This document shows positions 29,845 to 39,893 of a DNA stretch of 64,000 nt, piece by piece. The stretch's first letter is position 1; each line of letters begins with the position of its first letter. Source of the stretch: a bacterium. Its GTDB lineage: Bacteria > JADJOY01. The translations under genes were made by a program, and so were the position numbers. The stretch spans positions 1 to 64,000 of the forward strand of contig JAXLQJ010000001.1 of assembly GCA_046331705.1 (NCBI GenBank), written 5' to 3'. The notes below the pieces were generated by a model. The model ran no database searches and was not told where the DNA came from. It worked only from the letters and a program-made list of their open reading frames with translations.

Positions 29845-31039
29845 CGAAGAGTGCGCACAAGGCGACGGTGTAGTTCTGGTAGCGCGGCTTTCCAGCCACG
29901 GGCGCGATCTCACCGAAGCAATGGAACCCCACCCAGGGCACGGTGGTGCCGAGCACCGACTGGAGCGGGCGCACGATCTGATCGGCGGCGCAGCCGCCGA
30001 AGAGGACCCGGCCGCGCCCCGCGCAATCGAATTGGAGCACCAGCACTGGCGTGCGTCCGCGACCGCGATCGAGGATGCGACGCGCGCATCGCTCAGCGCT
30101 CTCGCGTATGCGATCCGGATCGCGACGCGCGATCCGGACCTTGCGCCCCGTGTCGAGCCCGCCGCCTGGAAAGAAGAGCGCATGGGTGCTCTTGTCGAGC
30201 CCGAGCGGCGTGCGGATCACGAACGGATCTCGCTCCTCGGCGCCGTCCTCGACATCGCCCTCGGCCACCCGGTCGGCGAGGCTCAGGTGGATCACGCCCT
30301 CGGCGTTGAGGTCCTGCGGATCGCCGTCGAGGTAGTCCTTGAAGACCGTCCACGCTGGACGGCCGTCGATCTCGTGAAGCCAACCGCCGGCGGCGCGCGT
30401 GACCGAGAGCTCGAGGCCGATGGGAGAGCAGCCGTGGCTCACGGCGAGCTCCAGGTGCGCCTCGCCGCTCAGCAGGATGGCGGCGACCCCGCCGCTCAGG
30501 ACCTGATCGTCGACGAACTGATAGGTCCGCTCGAACGCCATCGCATCGCCGGCAGCGCCTCCGACCACGGGCAGGGAAGGCGGCAAGGTCTCGCTCAGCG
30601 CATCCAGGAACTCGGTGCAGTTGCCCACCAAGCCGTCGGGAAAGACGAACAACCCGAGAGGATTCGCGGCACCGACGGCGGTGACGGCGGCAGCGAGTCG
30701 ACGGCCCGCTCCGGCCGAATCCTCGCCGTATCCCCCGATCAGGAACGGATGACAGGTCAACACGTCGGAAGCGATCGCGAGCACCGCGACCGCTTGCTCG
30801 CGCTCCTCCGAGTCCGAGCCGGCGATCACGCCCTCGCCCGAGCACCCGGCGATGCGCGCACCAGGCGCCGCCTCGCGAACCGCGGCGAGCAACGCCGCGT
30901 GATCGTACGCCGCGGTCGCGAAGACCCAGCAGAAGAGCGGCACGCCCGCGGGCAGCCCGGCGCGCGCGAGCTCGGCCGCCTGGCGCCCGGCCGCCCGCGA
31001 CTCGCGCAGTGTGCTCTTGCCGACACCCGCACGCAGCAT
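29834..31039 (-). CDS. FIST domain protein (NosP-like sensor)
   Basis: GCSGEGVI, VVGGAAGD, VSHGCSPIG, EIDGRPA, FDCAGRG, GFHCFGEI, QNYT. Confidence 0.9.
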   Translation of the reverse strand: MLRAGVGKSTLRESRAAGRQAAELARAGLPAGVPLFCWVFATAAYDHAALLAAVREAAPGARIAGCSGEGVIAGSDSEEREQAVAVLAIASDVLTCHPFLIGGYGEDSAGAGRRLAAAVTAVGAANPLGLFVFPDGLVGNCTEFLDALSETLPPSLPVVGGAAGDAMAFERTYQFVDDQVLSGGVAAILLSGEAHLELAVSHGCSPIGLELSVTRAAGGWLHEIDGRPAWTVFKDYLDGDPQDLNAEGVIHLSLADRVAEGDVEDGAEERDPFVIRTPLGLDKSTHALFFPGGGLDTGRKVRIARRDPDRIRESAERCARRILDRGRGRTPVLVLQFDCAGRGRVLFGGCAADQIVRPLQSVLGTTVPWVGFHCFGEIAPVAGKPRYQNYTVALCALFDVD

Positions 31040-31249
31040 CGCGGCTCCCCTCTCGCGGCGCGTCGCTGCTCGAGCTCCCGCACCGCGCCCCGAGGCACCG
31101 AATGCTACCGCAGCGCGCCCTGGCGCGGGTACGAAATCTGGGCACGCCCAGCGTGAGCCCGGCGCGCCACTCGGCGTGGAGTCCGCGGTGGGAGCGAACG
31201 GGACGCGTGTCGCGCGGACACCGAGACGCTCGAAGGCGCCGTTCGAGCG

Positions 31250-32122
31250 TCAGCGAACGCCGTGCTTCTCGAACCAGCTTCGCAGACGCGACCAGCCGTC
31301 CTGCGCGGCGTCGGCGCGATAGGTCGCCCGGTAGTCGGCGTGGAAGCCGTGTGGTGCGCCCGGGTAAACGACGATCTCGCTCGGCTTGCCCGCGGCCGCG
31401 AGCGCCGTGCGCATCCGCTCGACGTCGGCTTGCGGGATGCCGTCGTCGGCCCCGCCGTAGAGCCCGAGCACGGGCGCTCGAAGATCGTTCACGAGGTCGA
31501 TCGGCTGCCGCGGATGAAGCTCGTCACTGGGGCTGGTCGCGATGCGCCCGTACCACGCCACACCGGCCTTGAGCTTCGCGTTGTGCGCCGCGTAGAGCCA
31601 CACGATGCGCCCACCCCAGCAGAAGCCGGTGATCCCGAGCTTCGCCGTGTCGGCCTTGCCGGTGCCCTCGGCCCACGCCACGGCGGCGTCGAGATCGCTC
31701 ATCACCTGCGCGTCGGGCACCTTGTAGACGACGCTCTCGAGAATCTGCTTCACGTCCGTCATCTTCGACACGTCGCCCTGGCGAGCGTAGAGCTCGGGCG
31801 CGATGGCCAGGTGGCCGAGCTTCGCGAGGCGGCGGCACACGTCCTTGATGTACTCGTGAACGCCGAAGATCTCCTGCACCACCAGCACGACCGGCAACGC
31901 CGAGCCGCCGTCCGGCATCGCTCGGTAAGCAGGCAGGGTTCCACCGGCGACGGGAATCCGGACCTCGCCCGCCACCAAGCCATCCGCCTCGGTGTGAATC
32001 GCCGTCTGGGCCATCACCGGCCCCGCGGCAACGGTGAAACCAACGGCCAACGACGTCACCACGAACTCGCGACGCGTGACCTCGGCGGGCTCGGAAACCG
32101 CGGCTGGGTGCGTGTCCTTCAT
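31250..32122 (-). CDS. Dienelactone hydrolase family protein (Tat-type signal)
   Basis: TRREF twin-arginine; [32 protein letters not shown]. Confidence 0.93.
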   Translation of the reverse strand: MKDTHPAAVSEPAEVTRREFVVTSLAVGFTVAAGPVMAQTAIHTEADGLVAGEVRIPVAGGTLPAYRAMPDGGSALPVVLVVQEIFGVHEYIKDVCRRLAKLGHLAIAPELYARQGDVSKMTDVKQILESVVYKVPDAQVMSDLDAAVAWAEGTGKADTAKLGITGFCWGGRIVWLYAAHNAKLKAGVAWYGRIATSPSDELHPRQPIDLVNDLRAPVLGLYGGADDGIPQADVERMRTALAAAGKPSEIVVYPGAPHGFHADYRATYRADAAQDGWSRLRSWFEKHGVR

Positions 32123-32233
32123 CGTGCGCCTCCTTCTGTCGCGAGGCTAACCGGCTCGCCGACGACTCGCCGGGAGCGCGTGCCTCTCGACGAGCTGTTA
32201 GCTTGCGGAGATCGAAGCTCCGGGGGGAACAAG

Positions 32234-32887
32234 ATGACGATCGTCTTCTACGCGGGTTCGGGTTCGCCGTACGTGTGGCGGGTGTGGCTCGCGCTCGAGC
32301 ACAAGGCCGTGCCGTACGAGCTGCGGATGCTGTCGTTCCAGGCCGGCGATCTGGGCACGCCCGAGTTCCTGGCGATCAACCCGCGCCACAAGGTGCCGGC
32401 GATCGTGGATGATGGTTTCGCGCTCTACGAGTCGGCGGCCATCGTCCGCTACCTGGAGGAGTGCTACCCGGATTCGGGCAAGTCGCTCTTCCCGGGCAAC
32501 GTGACGACGCGCGCGATCACCAACCGGATGATCGCCGAGACGGACGCGTACGTGGCGCCGGCCATCGAGAACCTGGTGGAGGAGATCCTGTTCACGCCGG
32601 AGGCCGAGCGCGACGCCGAGAAGATCGCGGCGGCGCGCACCAGCCTGGGCGAGGAGCTCGCGCATTTCGAGCGCGACATCGTCGACGAGCATCTGGCCGG
32701 TGCGGCGGTCTCGGCCGCGGACTTCTCGCTCTATCCGCTGCTCGCCCTCGCGCGCCGAATGCAGACCAAGTTCGTCCCCACCCTCGACGTCGACGGCATC
32801 GTGGGCACGAAGCTCCGGGCGTGGGAGAAGCGGATCCAGGCCTTGCCGTACTTCGCGAAGACGATCCCGCCTCATTGGAAGGGCTGA
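32234..32887 (+). CDS. Glutathione S-transferase
   Basis: SGSPYVWRV, INPRHKVPAI, LYESAAIVRYL, SAADF. Confidence 0.92.
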   Translation: MTIVFYAGSGSPYVWRVWLALEHKAVPYELRMLSFQAGDLGTPEFLAINPRHKVPAIVDDGFALYESAAIVRYLEECYPDSGKSLFPGNVTTRAITNRMIAETDAYVAPAIENLVEEILFTPEAERDAEKIAAARTSLGEELAHFERDIVDEHLAGAAVSAADFSLYPLLALARRMQTKFVPTLDVDGIVGTKLRAWEKRIQALPYFAKTIPPHWKG

Positions 32888-32888
32888 C

Positions 32889-33833
32889 TCAGCGCACGCG
32901 CATGCCACGAGCCGCGTCCCAGTGGAGCGGCCGCTCGCTCTTCGGTAGCGGCGCCTCCGCGGCCGCGCTGGTCGTGACACCGTGCGGCCAGTCCGGCGGG
33001 CAGATCGCGACGAAGCGCGCGTAGCCGCCGGTGCCGCCGCCGAGCTTCGGATAGCCGATCGCGATCAGCGCGCCGGTCTCGGGGACCTGGTCCAGGTTCG
33101 CCACGCCTTCCGCCTGCGTGTAGCCGTGGTGCATCAGCCACGCTTCGCCTTCGAGGGTGGGCGTGGTGTCGGTGTCGAGCGGCTCGTGGCCGTGGAACAG
33201 GATGTGTCGCTCTTCGTGCAGGAACCGTAGGGCGGCGAGGCTGACGCCGGGAAACGGTGTGCGCGTCGCGAGCGCCGGATCGGGCCAATCCTTCGACCAG
33301 TCCGAGCGCACCATCACCACCGAGCCGGCGGGAATCCGTCCGTTGCGCGCCTCCCACGCGAGCAGGTCCGGCACTTGCAGGTGGTAGCCCGGGTCGTTCT
33401 TCACCTGCTCGACGATCGACACCACCGCCAGCGGTCGTACCGCGTACGTGGGAGGCAGCTCGTCGATGGCGGGGTAGCTCGGGTCCCAGTGCGCCGGTGG
33501 ATCGAGCTGCGTGCCGAGCTGGTCGGTGGCGAGCGCGTAGCGCGTGGCCTCGAAGCCGTCGGCGGCGTACGAGTACGCCTTGCCGGTCTCGGGGTTGAGC
33601 GCGCGCTCGAACGTCGACGCGCCGAAGCCCGACCACACCGGGATGCTCGGCGTGATGGTGTGCGTGAGGTCCACGTAGCGCGCCGTCGCCAGCGAGTCGG
33701 CGTAGACTTTCCAGAGATTCGTCGGGTGGGCGAGCGCGACCTCCGTGGATGCACCGACCCGCGCGCACCCGGCGAGCATCGACACGGCCACCGCTCCCAC
33801 CCCGATCCCCCACACTCCATGACCCCATCTCAT
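32889..33833 (-). CDS. Cyclase (kynurenine formamidase-like) family lipoprotein
   Basis: VDLTH, GTQLDPPAH, RSDWSK, GHEPLDTD, EGVANLD; lipobox LAGC; GAGGGG RBS. Confidence 0.88.
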   Translation of the reverse strand: MRWGHGVWGIGVGAVAVSMLAGCARVGASTEVALAHPTNLWKVYADSLATARYVDLTHTITPSIPVWSGFGASTFERALNPETGKAYSYAADGFEATRYALATDQLGTQLDPPAHWDPSYPAIDELPPTYAVRPLAVVSIVEQVKNDPGYHLQVPDLLAWEARNGRIPAGSVVMVRSDWSKDWPDPALATRTPFPGVSLAALRFLHEERHILFHGHEPLDTDTTPTLEGEAWLMHHGYTQAEGVANLDQVPETGALIAIGYPKLGGGTGGYARFVAICPPDWPHGVTTSAAAEAPLPKSERPLHWDAARGMRVR

Positions 33834-35393
33834 GCGCTCGCCCCCCTCGTTCCGGCGTGCCCGCGCCCGCGCGCAACGCGACGGTTTTACACCCGAGAGC
33901 GCTGCAGGGCGCGCGCGGCAGCGCTCGGCGCGATCCTCGCGACGCTCGTCGCTGGCGCGACCTCGTGCGGCTCCGGCGGCGACGCATCACCCGCCACCGA
34001 CGACTCGCGCTTCTTCACCGACGAGCAAGGTCGCGTGCTGATCCTTCACGGCGCCAACGTGGCGAGCTCCGCCAAGACCTCGCCGGACCGAATGCCCGAC
34101 ATCACCGAAGAGGAGATCCACCTGCTCTCGCGTGAATGGGGCTTCGACTACGTCCGCTACCTGCTGAGCTGGGACGGTGTCGAGCCCGAGCCCGGCCGCT
34201 ACGACGAGAGCTATTTCCAGGGAGTCGAGAAGCGGCTCGATTGGCTGCACGCCGCGGGTCTGCACGTGATGCTCGACATGCACCAGGACGTGTGGTCGGT
34301 GAGCACGTGCGGCAACGGCAATCCCGGATGGACCGTGCGCAACGACGGCATCGCCGTCGAAAGCCCGTGCCGCTCGCCGTGGTCGTTCAACTACTTCCAG
34401 CCCGCGGTGACGCGGATCTTCGACAACTTCTGGGCTGGCGACGGCGGCGCGCACGGTGATCTCCAGCAACACTTCGCGGCCATGTGGCGCGCCGTCGCGA
34501 TGCGCTTCGGCGACCATCCGGCGGTGATCGGCTACGACGTCCTGAACGAGCCCTACCCCGGCTCGTACTTCGACAAGATCGAGGCGGGCGTTCGCCGCAG
34601 CCCCAAGCAAGGCGCGCCGTCGGCGGCGTTCGACGTGGAGCGCTTCGCGCCCTTCTACCAGCGCGTGATCGACGCCATTCGTACGGTCGACGAGCGCCAC
34701 TGGATCTTCTTCGAACCGCGCTTCGGCGCGCCCGGCAACGGCTCGCCGTCGTGGATCCCGCGGCTCGACGACCCGCGGCGCGGCACGCCGCGGATCGCGT
34801 ATGCGCCGCACCTCTATTCCGCGATCGCCGAGGCCGCCAACGTCTACTTCCCGTGGATCGATTCGGTGGCGGCGTGGGAACGCGAGCGCCGAACCGACGT
34901 CGAACGGCAAGGCGGGCCGATGGTGATCGGCGAGTTCGGTTTCTCGTGGTCCATGGCCGACGCCTCGCGCTACATGACGGACGTGCTCGACATGGCGGAC
35001 CGCCTGATGGCCGGTTGGGCGTATTGGGCGTGGGACCCGGGTGGGCCGACCGGCTGGGCCTTCTACGATCGCGACACCGGCACGCCCAACCCGAACAGCG
35101 ACTACCTCGGTCGGCCGTATCCCCAGCGCGTCGCCGGCGTGCCGAGCGCCTATGGCTTCGACCACCCGAGCCGCGTGTTCGAGCTCACCTTCACCGACCG
35201 GCGCGGCGTGAGCGGCGCGACCGAGATCTACCTCGGCGCGCATCGCAACTACCCCGGCGGGTGGCACGTCGAGGCGAGCGATCCCGAGGGCTCGTGGACC
35301 AGCACCTGGGACGACGCGCGCGAGGTTCTCGCCGTGACCACCCCGGCCACCGGAGGCGAACACCGCATCCGGGTCTTGCCCGGAAGGGAATGA
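33819..35393 (+). CDS. GH5 endoglycoceramidase-like lipoprotein (start uncertain)
   Basis: TDEQGRVLILHGAN, WDGVEP, DMHQD, GYDVLNEP, IGEFG, RPYPQRVAG; lipobox-like ATSC. Confidence 0.85.
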   Translation: MTPSHALAPLVPACPRPRATRRFYTRERCRARAAALGAILATLVAGATSCGSGGDASPATDDSRFFTDEQGRVLILHGANVASSAKTSPDRMPDITEEEIHLLSREWGFDYVRYLLSWDGVEPEPGRYDESYFQGVEKRLDWLHAAGLHVMLDMHQDVWSVSTCGNGNPGWTVRNDGIAVESPCRSPWSFNYFQPAVTRIFDNFWAGDGGAHGDLQQHFAAMWRAVAMRFGDHPAVIGYDVLNEPYPGSYFDKIEAGVRRSPKQGAPSAAFDVERFAPFYQRVIDAIRTVDERHWIFFEPRFGAPGNGSPSWIPRLDDPRRGTPRIAYAPHLYSAIAEAANVYFPWIDSVAAWERERRTDVERQGGPMVIGEFGFSWSMADASRYMTDVLDMADRLMAGWAYWAWDPGGPTGWAFYDRDTGTPNPNSDYLGRPYPQRVAGVPSAYGFDHPSRVFELTFTDRRGVSGATEIYLGAHRNYPGGWHVEASDPEGSWTSTWDDAREVLAVTTPATGGEHRIRVLPGRE

Positions 35394-35456
35394 TCCCGCA
35401 AGAATCCGATCGAAACAGGCCGCACCCGATTCCGGGACCGCGAAGGAGGACGAGCC

Positions 35457-35774
35457 GTGACGCCCGCCGAGGTACACGAACGCCGAGAGGAATTGTTGAT
35501 TCTCGACGTTCGAGAGAAGGACGAATGGAACGCCGGACGAATCGAAGGCGCTCTGCACATTCCGATGGCGGAGGTGGACACTCGCTCCGACGAGATCGAC
35601 CCCACGCGCACCATCGCCTGCGTGTGCCGCAGCGGCGCCCGCAGCGGGAAGATCACGACGATGCTGCGTTCGCGCGGCTACGACGTGCACAACGTGGACG
35701 GCGGCATGCGCGCGTGGGACGCCGCGGGGCTCCCGTTCGTGAACAAGGACGGCGGACCGGGGCGGGTGGTCTGA
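35457..35774 (+). CDS. Single-domain rhodanese-like protein
   Basis: LDVREKDEW, IEGALHIP, CRSGARS, GGMRAW; GGAGG RBS. Confidence 0.93.
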   Translation: MTPAEVHERREELLILDVREKDEWNAGRIEGALHIPMAEVDTRSDEIDPTRTIACVCRSGARSGKITTMLRSRGYDVHNVDGGMRAWDAAGLPFVNKDGGPGRVV

Positions 35775-35790
35775 GCTGAGTTTTTGCGGG

Positions 35791-36140
35791 GGGTTGTTCC
35801 GCGTCCCCCGCCCTTCGCGGCAAAGCCGCGAAGGGGCCCACCCCTGAGTCGCCTCGCTTCGCTCGTCGGCTCGCCGCGGGCTCGCGCAGAGATCGACGGC
35901 GAGCGGGGAGACCGGGCGCGGAGCAGGCCGGCGGGGAACCACGTCGGGTTGTTCCAAACCCCTGACCAGGCGCGGCAAAGCCGCGAAGGGGCCCACCCGA
36001 GTCACTCGCTGCGCTCGTGGCTCGCCGCTGGCTCGCGCAGAGATCGACGGCGAGCGGGGAGACCGGGGCGCGGAGCAGGCCGTCGAGGAACTACGTCGGG
36101 TTGTTCCAAACCCCCGCCCTCGCGGCAAAGCCGCGAAGGG
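35791..36140. repeat. ~155-bp imperfect tandem repeat (2 full copies plus 1 partial) with a GC-rich hairpin; REP/BIME-like
   Basis: Units start at GGGTTGTTCC at 35791, 35946 and 36098. CGCGGCAAAGCCGCGAAGGG occurs in all three; GGCTCGCGCAGAGATCGACGGCGAGCGGGGAGACCGGG is shared by copies 1 and 2. Confidence 0.9.
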
Positions 36141-36150
36141 ATCGGGCGAG

Positions 36151-37662
36151 TCACGGCGGAGCGGCAGCACCGGCGCGCGCCGCGTTCTTCCTCCAGTTGC
36201 CGCGTGAGAACGCGAGGCTGAGCCAGATCGCGCGCGCCAGGTGATCGAGCGCCAGGGCGCCCCACACCCACAGCACCGTCGCTCCGCGGTCGGGGCTCGC
36301 GAGGTAGGCCACCGGCACGCGCAGCACCCAGTTCGCCACCAGCGCCGCGAAGAACGGCGTCATCGTGTCGCCCGCGCCGCGCAACGCGCCGGCGAGCGTG
36401 AAGTGCATGCCGAGCAGCGGTTGCGCCGCGGCAAGCACCAGCATGAACGGGCCCAGCTCGCGGACGATTCCCTCGTCCGGCGTGAAGAAACGCGCCAGCG
36501 GCGTGCGCCCGAGCGCGAAGAAGACTCCCAGCACCACCGAGACCACCAGCGACAGCAACGTCGCGCGCCAGCCCACCCGTGCGGCGCGTCGATCGTCTCC
36601 GGCGCCGATCGCGTGCCCCACCAGCGTGGCCGCCGCCACCGCGAAGCTCGTGCCCGGGATCCAGGTGAACGAGAGGATGCGGATGCCGATCGTGTACGCC
36701 GCCACCGCCGCCGCGCCGAAGCGCCCGATGACCGCGAAGTACGTCATCATCGCCACCTGCAGCACCGCGCGCTCGGCGACCGCGGGCGCCGAGAGCCGCG
36801 CCAGCTCGCGCGCCACCGCGCCGCCCGCGCGGAAATCACCCGCGCCCACGCGGAGCTCGGCGGGCGCCTGTCGGCCGCGCGCCGCCCAGGCGAAGGCGAT
36901 CAACCCCACCGCCTGAGACACCAGCGTCGCGAGGCCGGCTCCGGCGAGCTCGAGACGCGGCATGCCCAGGTGCCCGAAGATCAGCACCGCGTTGAGCGCG
37001 ATCTTGATGACGGTCACGCCGAGCGCGATCGCCATCGGCAAGCGCGTCTCGCCGAGCGCGCGAAAGCCGCTTTCGAGCGTGAGCGAGAGCCCGAAGAGCA
37101 ACGTCGAGCCGAGCGTCAACCGGAAGTACGGGATCCCCACGGCGATGGCCGGCTGGGGGGCCGAGAGCCAGCCCATCAAGGTGCCGGGGATGGCGAGACA
37201 GACGACCGTCACCAGCAGCGACACCGCCACCGTGAACGCGAGCGAGCCCGCCAGCGCGTGCCGTGCACGCGTGGCGTCGCCGGCGCCGCGCGCTTGCGCC
37301 ATGAGCGCCACGCACGCCGCACCGAGGCCGAGCAGCACCGCTTGCGTCAGGTTCAGGTATTGGGTCGCGTAGCCGACCGCCTGCACGTCGAGTCGGTCGA
37401 GCTTCCCGACCATCGCGATGTCGATGAGGCTCACGGCGCTCGCGAGGACTTGCGAGAGGATCACCGGCCACGAGAGCGCCCAGATCTCGCGATCCGTGGC
37501 GCGGCGCTCGGCGGTGAACGCGAACGGCCCCGACGCGTGCGCGGCGAGCGCGGCGGCGGGCAAGCCGCCGCCCGACTCGGCGGCGTCGCCACCGCTCGGA
37601 TCGATTTCCGCCTCGGGCGATCGAGCGCGAGCGGCGAGTGGCTTACGATCGCGCGCTTCCAT
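36151..37662 (-). CDS. MATE family efflux transporter
   Basis: LSWPVILSQ, IDIAMVGKL, FRALGETRLPM, LNAVLIFG, GAGLAT, LRGAGDT; about 12 TM segments. Confidence 0.93.
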   Translation of the reverse strand: MEARDRKPLAARARSPEAEIDPSGGDAAESGGGLPAAALAAHASGPFAFTAERRATDREIWALSWPVILSQVLASAVSLIDIAMVGKLDRLDVQAVGYATQYLNLTQAVLLGLGAACVALMAQARGAGDATRARHALAGSLAFTVAVSLLVTVVCLAIPGTLMGWLSAPQPAIAVGIPYFRLTLGSTLLFGLSLTLESGFRALGETRLPMAIALGVTVIKIALNAVLIFGHLGMPRLELAGAGLATLVSQAVGLIAFAWAARGRQAPAELRVGAGDFRAGGAVARELARLSAPAVAERAVLQVAMMTYFAVIGRFGAAAVAAYTIGIRILSFTWIPGTSFAVAAATLVGHAIGAGDDRRAARVGWRATLLSLVVSVVLGVFFALGRTPLARFFTPDEGIVRELGPFMLVLAAAQPLLGMHFTLAGALRGAGDTMTPFFAALVANWVLRVPVAYLASPDRGATVLWVWGALALDHLARAIWLSLAFSRGNWRKNAARAGAAAPP

Positions 37663-37844
37663 GAGAGCGCGGCACGCTATCCGCTCGCCCGGTGCCGCAC
37701 AACCAACGCGCGACCCGACGCGAGACCCACACGACCCACGCGCGACGCGCGGCGCAGCGCGCCCGTTGCCCACTGCGCGAGCGTGACGCTATGGTCCGCG
37801 CACTGCGTCATTCCAGTGTCGTCGAAGCATCGCGGAGGGGCGTC

Positions 37845-38978
37845 ATGGGGCGTAGGATCTCGCGGTTCCTCGACGAGACGGCGAGCTCACTCGCCGGTGT
37901 CCTTCACCGGAGCAGCCCGCCGCATCCGAACACCCTCCACCAGCTCGAAGCGTTCCACGGCCTCGCTCCCGATCAGTTGCTGCCGGCGGCACCCGTCCCG
38001 GCGCGCGTGACGATCCGGCCGCGCTGGAACACCGCCGAATTCCTGTGCGAGGACCTCGCGTTCGCGTCTCCGCACCAGCCCCTGTCCGAGGACTTCCGAC
38101 GGCGTCACGAGGCCGAGTACGAAGCCAACGCCACGGTTCACGTGCGCTGGATCCGGCACCTCGCGCGCCCCGAGCGCCCCACGCTCATCTACCTGCATTC
38201 GTGGATGCAGCCCGACTTCAAGTGGGAAGAGCGTCAGATGTTGCCGGGCCTGGCGCGGAAGCTCGGCGTGCACATCGCACGCATGCAGCTTCCGTATCAC
38301 GGGCTGAGGCGGCCCAAGGGCTCGCGCTTCCACGGCGAGTACTTCTGGACCGCCGACCTGGTGCGCACCATCGAGGCGATCCGCCAGAGCGTGATGGACG
38401 CGCGCGCCCTGATCGGCTGGCTCGACGAGTCCGGGCAAGGCCCGGTGGGGATGTCGGGCGCGAGCCTCGGCGGCATGATGACGCTCACCACCGCGTGCGT
38501 GGAGCCGAAGCTCGCGTTCGTGATCTCGGTGGCGGCCCACCTCGACCTGCCGTCGGTGATGCTGGAAGCGTCGCTGCTCACGCGCTTCCGGCGCGAGCTC
38601 GCGACCTTCGGCTGGGGCCCCGAGCACGTGGGCGACTATCTGCGCGAGGTGGGCTTCCAGGAGCTCAAGCCCGCGATTCCCAAGGACCACATCCTGCTCA
38701 TCGCCGGGCGATACGACCGCATCCTGCGACCCGAGCGCCTGCAGCATCTCTGGAAGCGCTGGAACGAGCCGCCCATCGCTTGGTTCGAGGGCGGCCACGT
38801 CGAGATGTTCCGCTATCTGCGCGGCCCCGTGCACGAGATGCGCGAGTTCATCCGCGGTCTGGGGCTCGACGGCGTCGAGGAAGCGGAGCCGGAGGCGGCG
38901 TCGCGCCCCGACCCCGCACCAGCGTCCTCGTCACGCGCCCGGCCGGAGCCGAGCAACTTCAGCTCACTCTGGGCGTAG
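37845..38978 (+). CDS. Alpha/beta hydrolase (ABHD18/DUF2048-like)
   Basis: LIYLHSW, LPYHGLRRP, GASLGG, GRYDRI, FEGGH; GGAGGG RBS. Confidence 0.85.
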   Translation: MGRRISRFLDETASSLAGVLHRSSPPHPNTLHQLEAFHGLAPDQLLPAAPVPARVTIRPRWNTAEFLCEDLAFASPHQPLSEDFRRRHEAEYEANATVHVRWIRHLARPERPTLIYLHSWMQPDFKWEERQMLPGLARKLGVHIARMQLPYHGLRRPKGSRFHGEYFWTADLVRTIEAIRQSVMDARALIGWLDESGQGPVGMSGASLGGMMTLTTACVEPKLAFVISVAAHLDLPSVMLEASLLTRFRRELATFGWGPEHVGDYLREVGFQELKPAIPKDHILLIAGRYDRILRPERLQHLWKRWNEPPIAWFEGGHVEMFRYLRGPVHEMREFIRGLGLDGVEEAEPEAASRPDPAPASSSRARPEPSNFSSLWA

Positions 38979-39707
38979 GCCCTTCAGCATCGTGACGAAG
39001 GCGGATTGCGCCGCCTTCACGGTCTTGTCGTCGCCCGTGAGCTTGAAGAACCACGGGCCACCCTCTCCCTCGACCACCGCACCCAGCAAGCGCGAGTTGG
39101 GCTGTGGCGCCGACGGCCCCATCCCCATGCCGCTCGCCTTGAGCGTGCCGGCCACCGTGACGGTGGCGACCTGAAACGTCTTCCCGGCGCTCTTCACCTC
39201 GAACGAGTCGCGCTCCGCCTTGGTGCCGGCGGGCGAATCGATCTGGGTGATCCAGCGCTCGATGTTGCTCTCGCGGTCGCCGCCCTGCCCCCCACCGAAA
39301 TGGAAGAGCACCAGGTCGGCCTTGCCGCCCTCCCCCGTGACCGTCGCCTGGACGATGCGCATCGCGGAGGTGGGCGGCTGCAGCGTCCAACCGGAGGGGA
39401 CCGCGAACTTGATCCCGCGCGCGTGGACGAGACCTTCGGCGTCCGGCTTCGCCGCCTCCAGCGGTGCCGCGGGTGCGCCCATGCCCATCCCCGGTGGCAT
39501 CCCGGGATTCGTGCCGCCCGACATCGACGGATGCCCCGGCGGCATCCCCATCCCGCCGTGCGCGGGAAGCGGCGGTGCGATGGGCGCCGTGGGCGCTGGA
39601 GCCGCCGGCTGCGGGTCCTCGGCGGAGGCCAACGAGACGAGACCGAACGCGAGACCCGCCGACGCGAGACCGCGCACCACGAGCGAGGATTTCCGAAGAC
39701 GCTTCAT
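38964..39707 (-). CDS. Secreted hypothetical protein with a Met/Pro/Gly/His-rich linker
   Basis: Signal peptide (ASA|E); MPPGHP; VPSGW...MR, GGDRESNIERWITQ, PWFFKLTG; GGAGGG RBS. Confidence 0.8.
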   Translation of the reverse strand: MKRLRKSSLVVRGLASAGLAFGLVSLASAEDPQPAAPAPTAPIAPPLPAHGGMGMPPGHPSMSGGTNPGMPPGMGMGAPAAPLEAAKPDAEGLVHARGIKFAVPSGWTLQPPTSAMRIVQATVTGEGGKADLVLFHFGGGQGGDRESNIERWITQIDSPAGTKAERDSFEVKSAGKTFQVATVTVAGTLKASGMGMGPSAPQPNSRLLGAVVEGEGGPWFFKLTGDDKTVKAAQSAFVTMLKGLRPE

Positions 39708-39893
39708 GGGACCCTCCGACGCGTGCCGCGGCGTCGTGCGACCTGCGAGTGGACCGCGGCCGACACGACGGCCGTGGTTGCGACCAACGCGGCACAGTGT
39801 GGCGCAGCGACGCCATCGCCGTCCCCCAGCGCGGCTCGATCGCGACGGCCTGCTAGGCTGTCGCGCCTCGTCCACCTCACGCGAGAGGCCACC

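Noticed and set aside
35791-36140. CRISPR array
   Set aside because: The whole ~155-bp unit repeats, so there are no unique spacers, and there are no cas genes in the window.
37670-37684. Third sigma54 site (CGGCAC-N5-CCGC)
   Set aside because: Both boxes deviate from consensus; likely chance in GC-rich DNA.
37705-37750. Short ACGCG/GACCC repeats between MATE and the hydrolase
   Set aside because: Irregular low-complexity sequence with no constant period.
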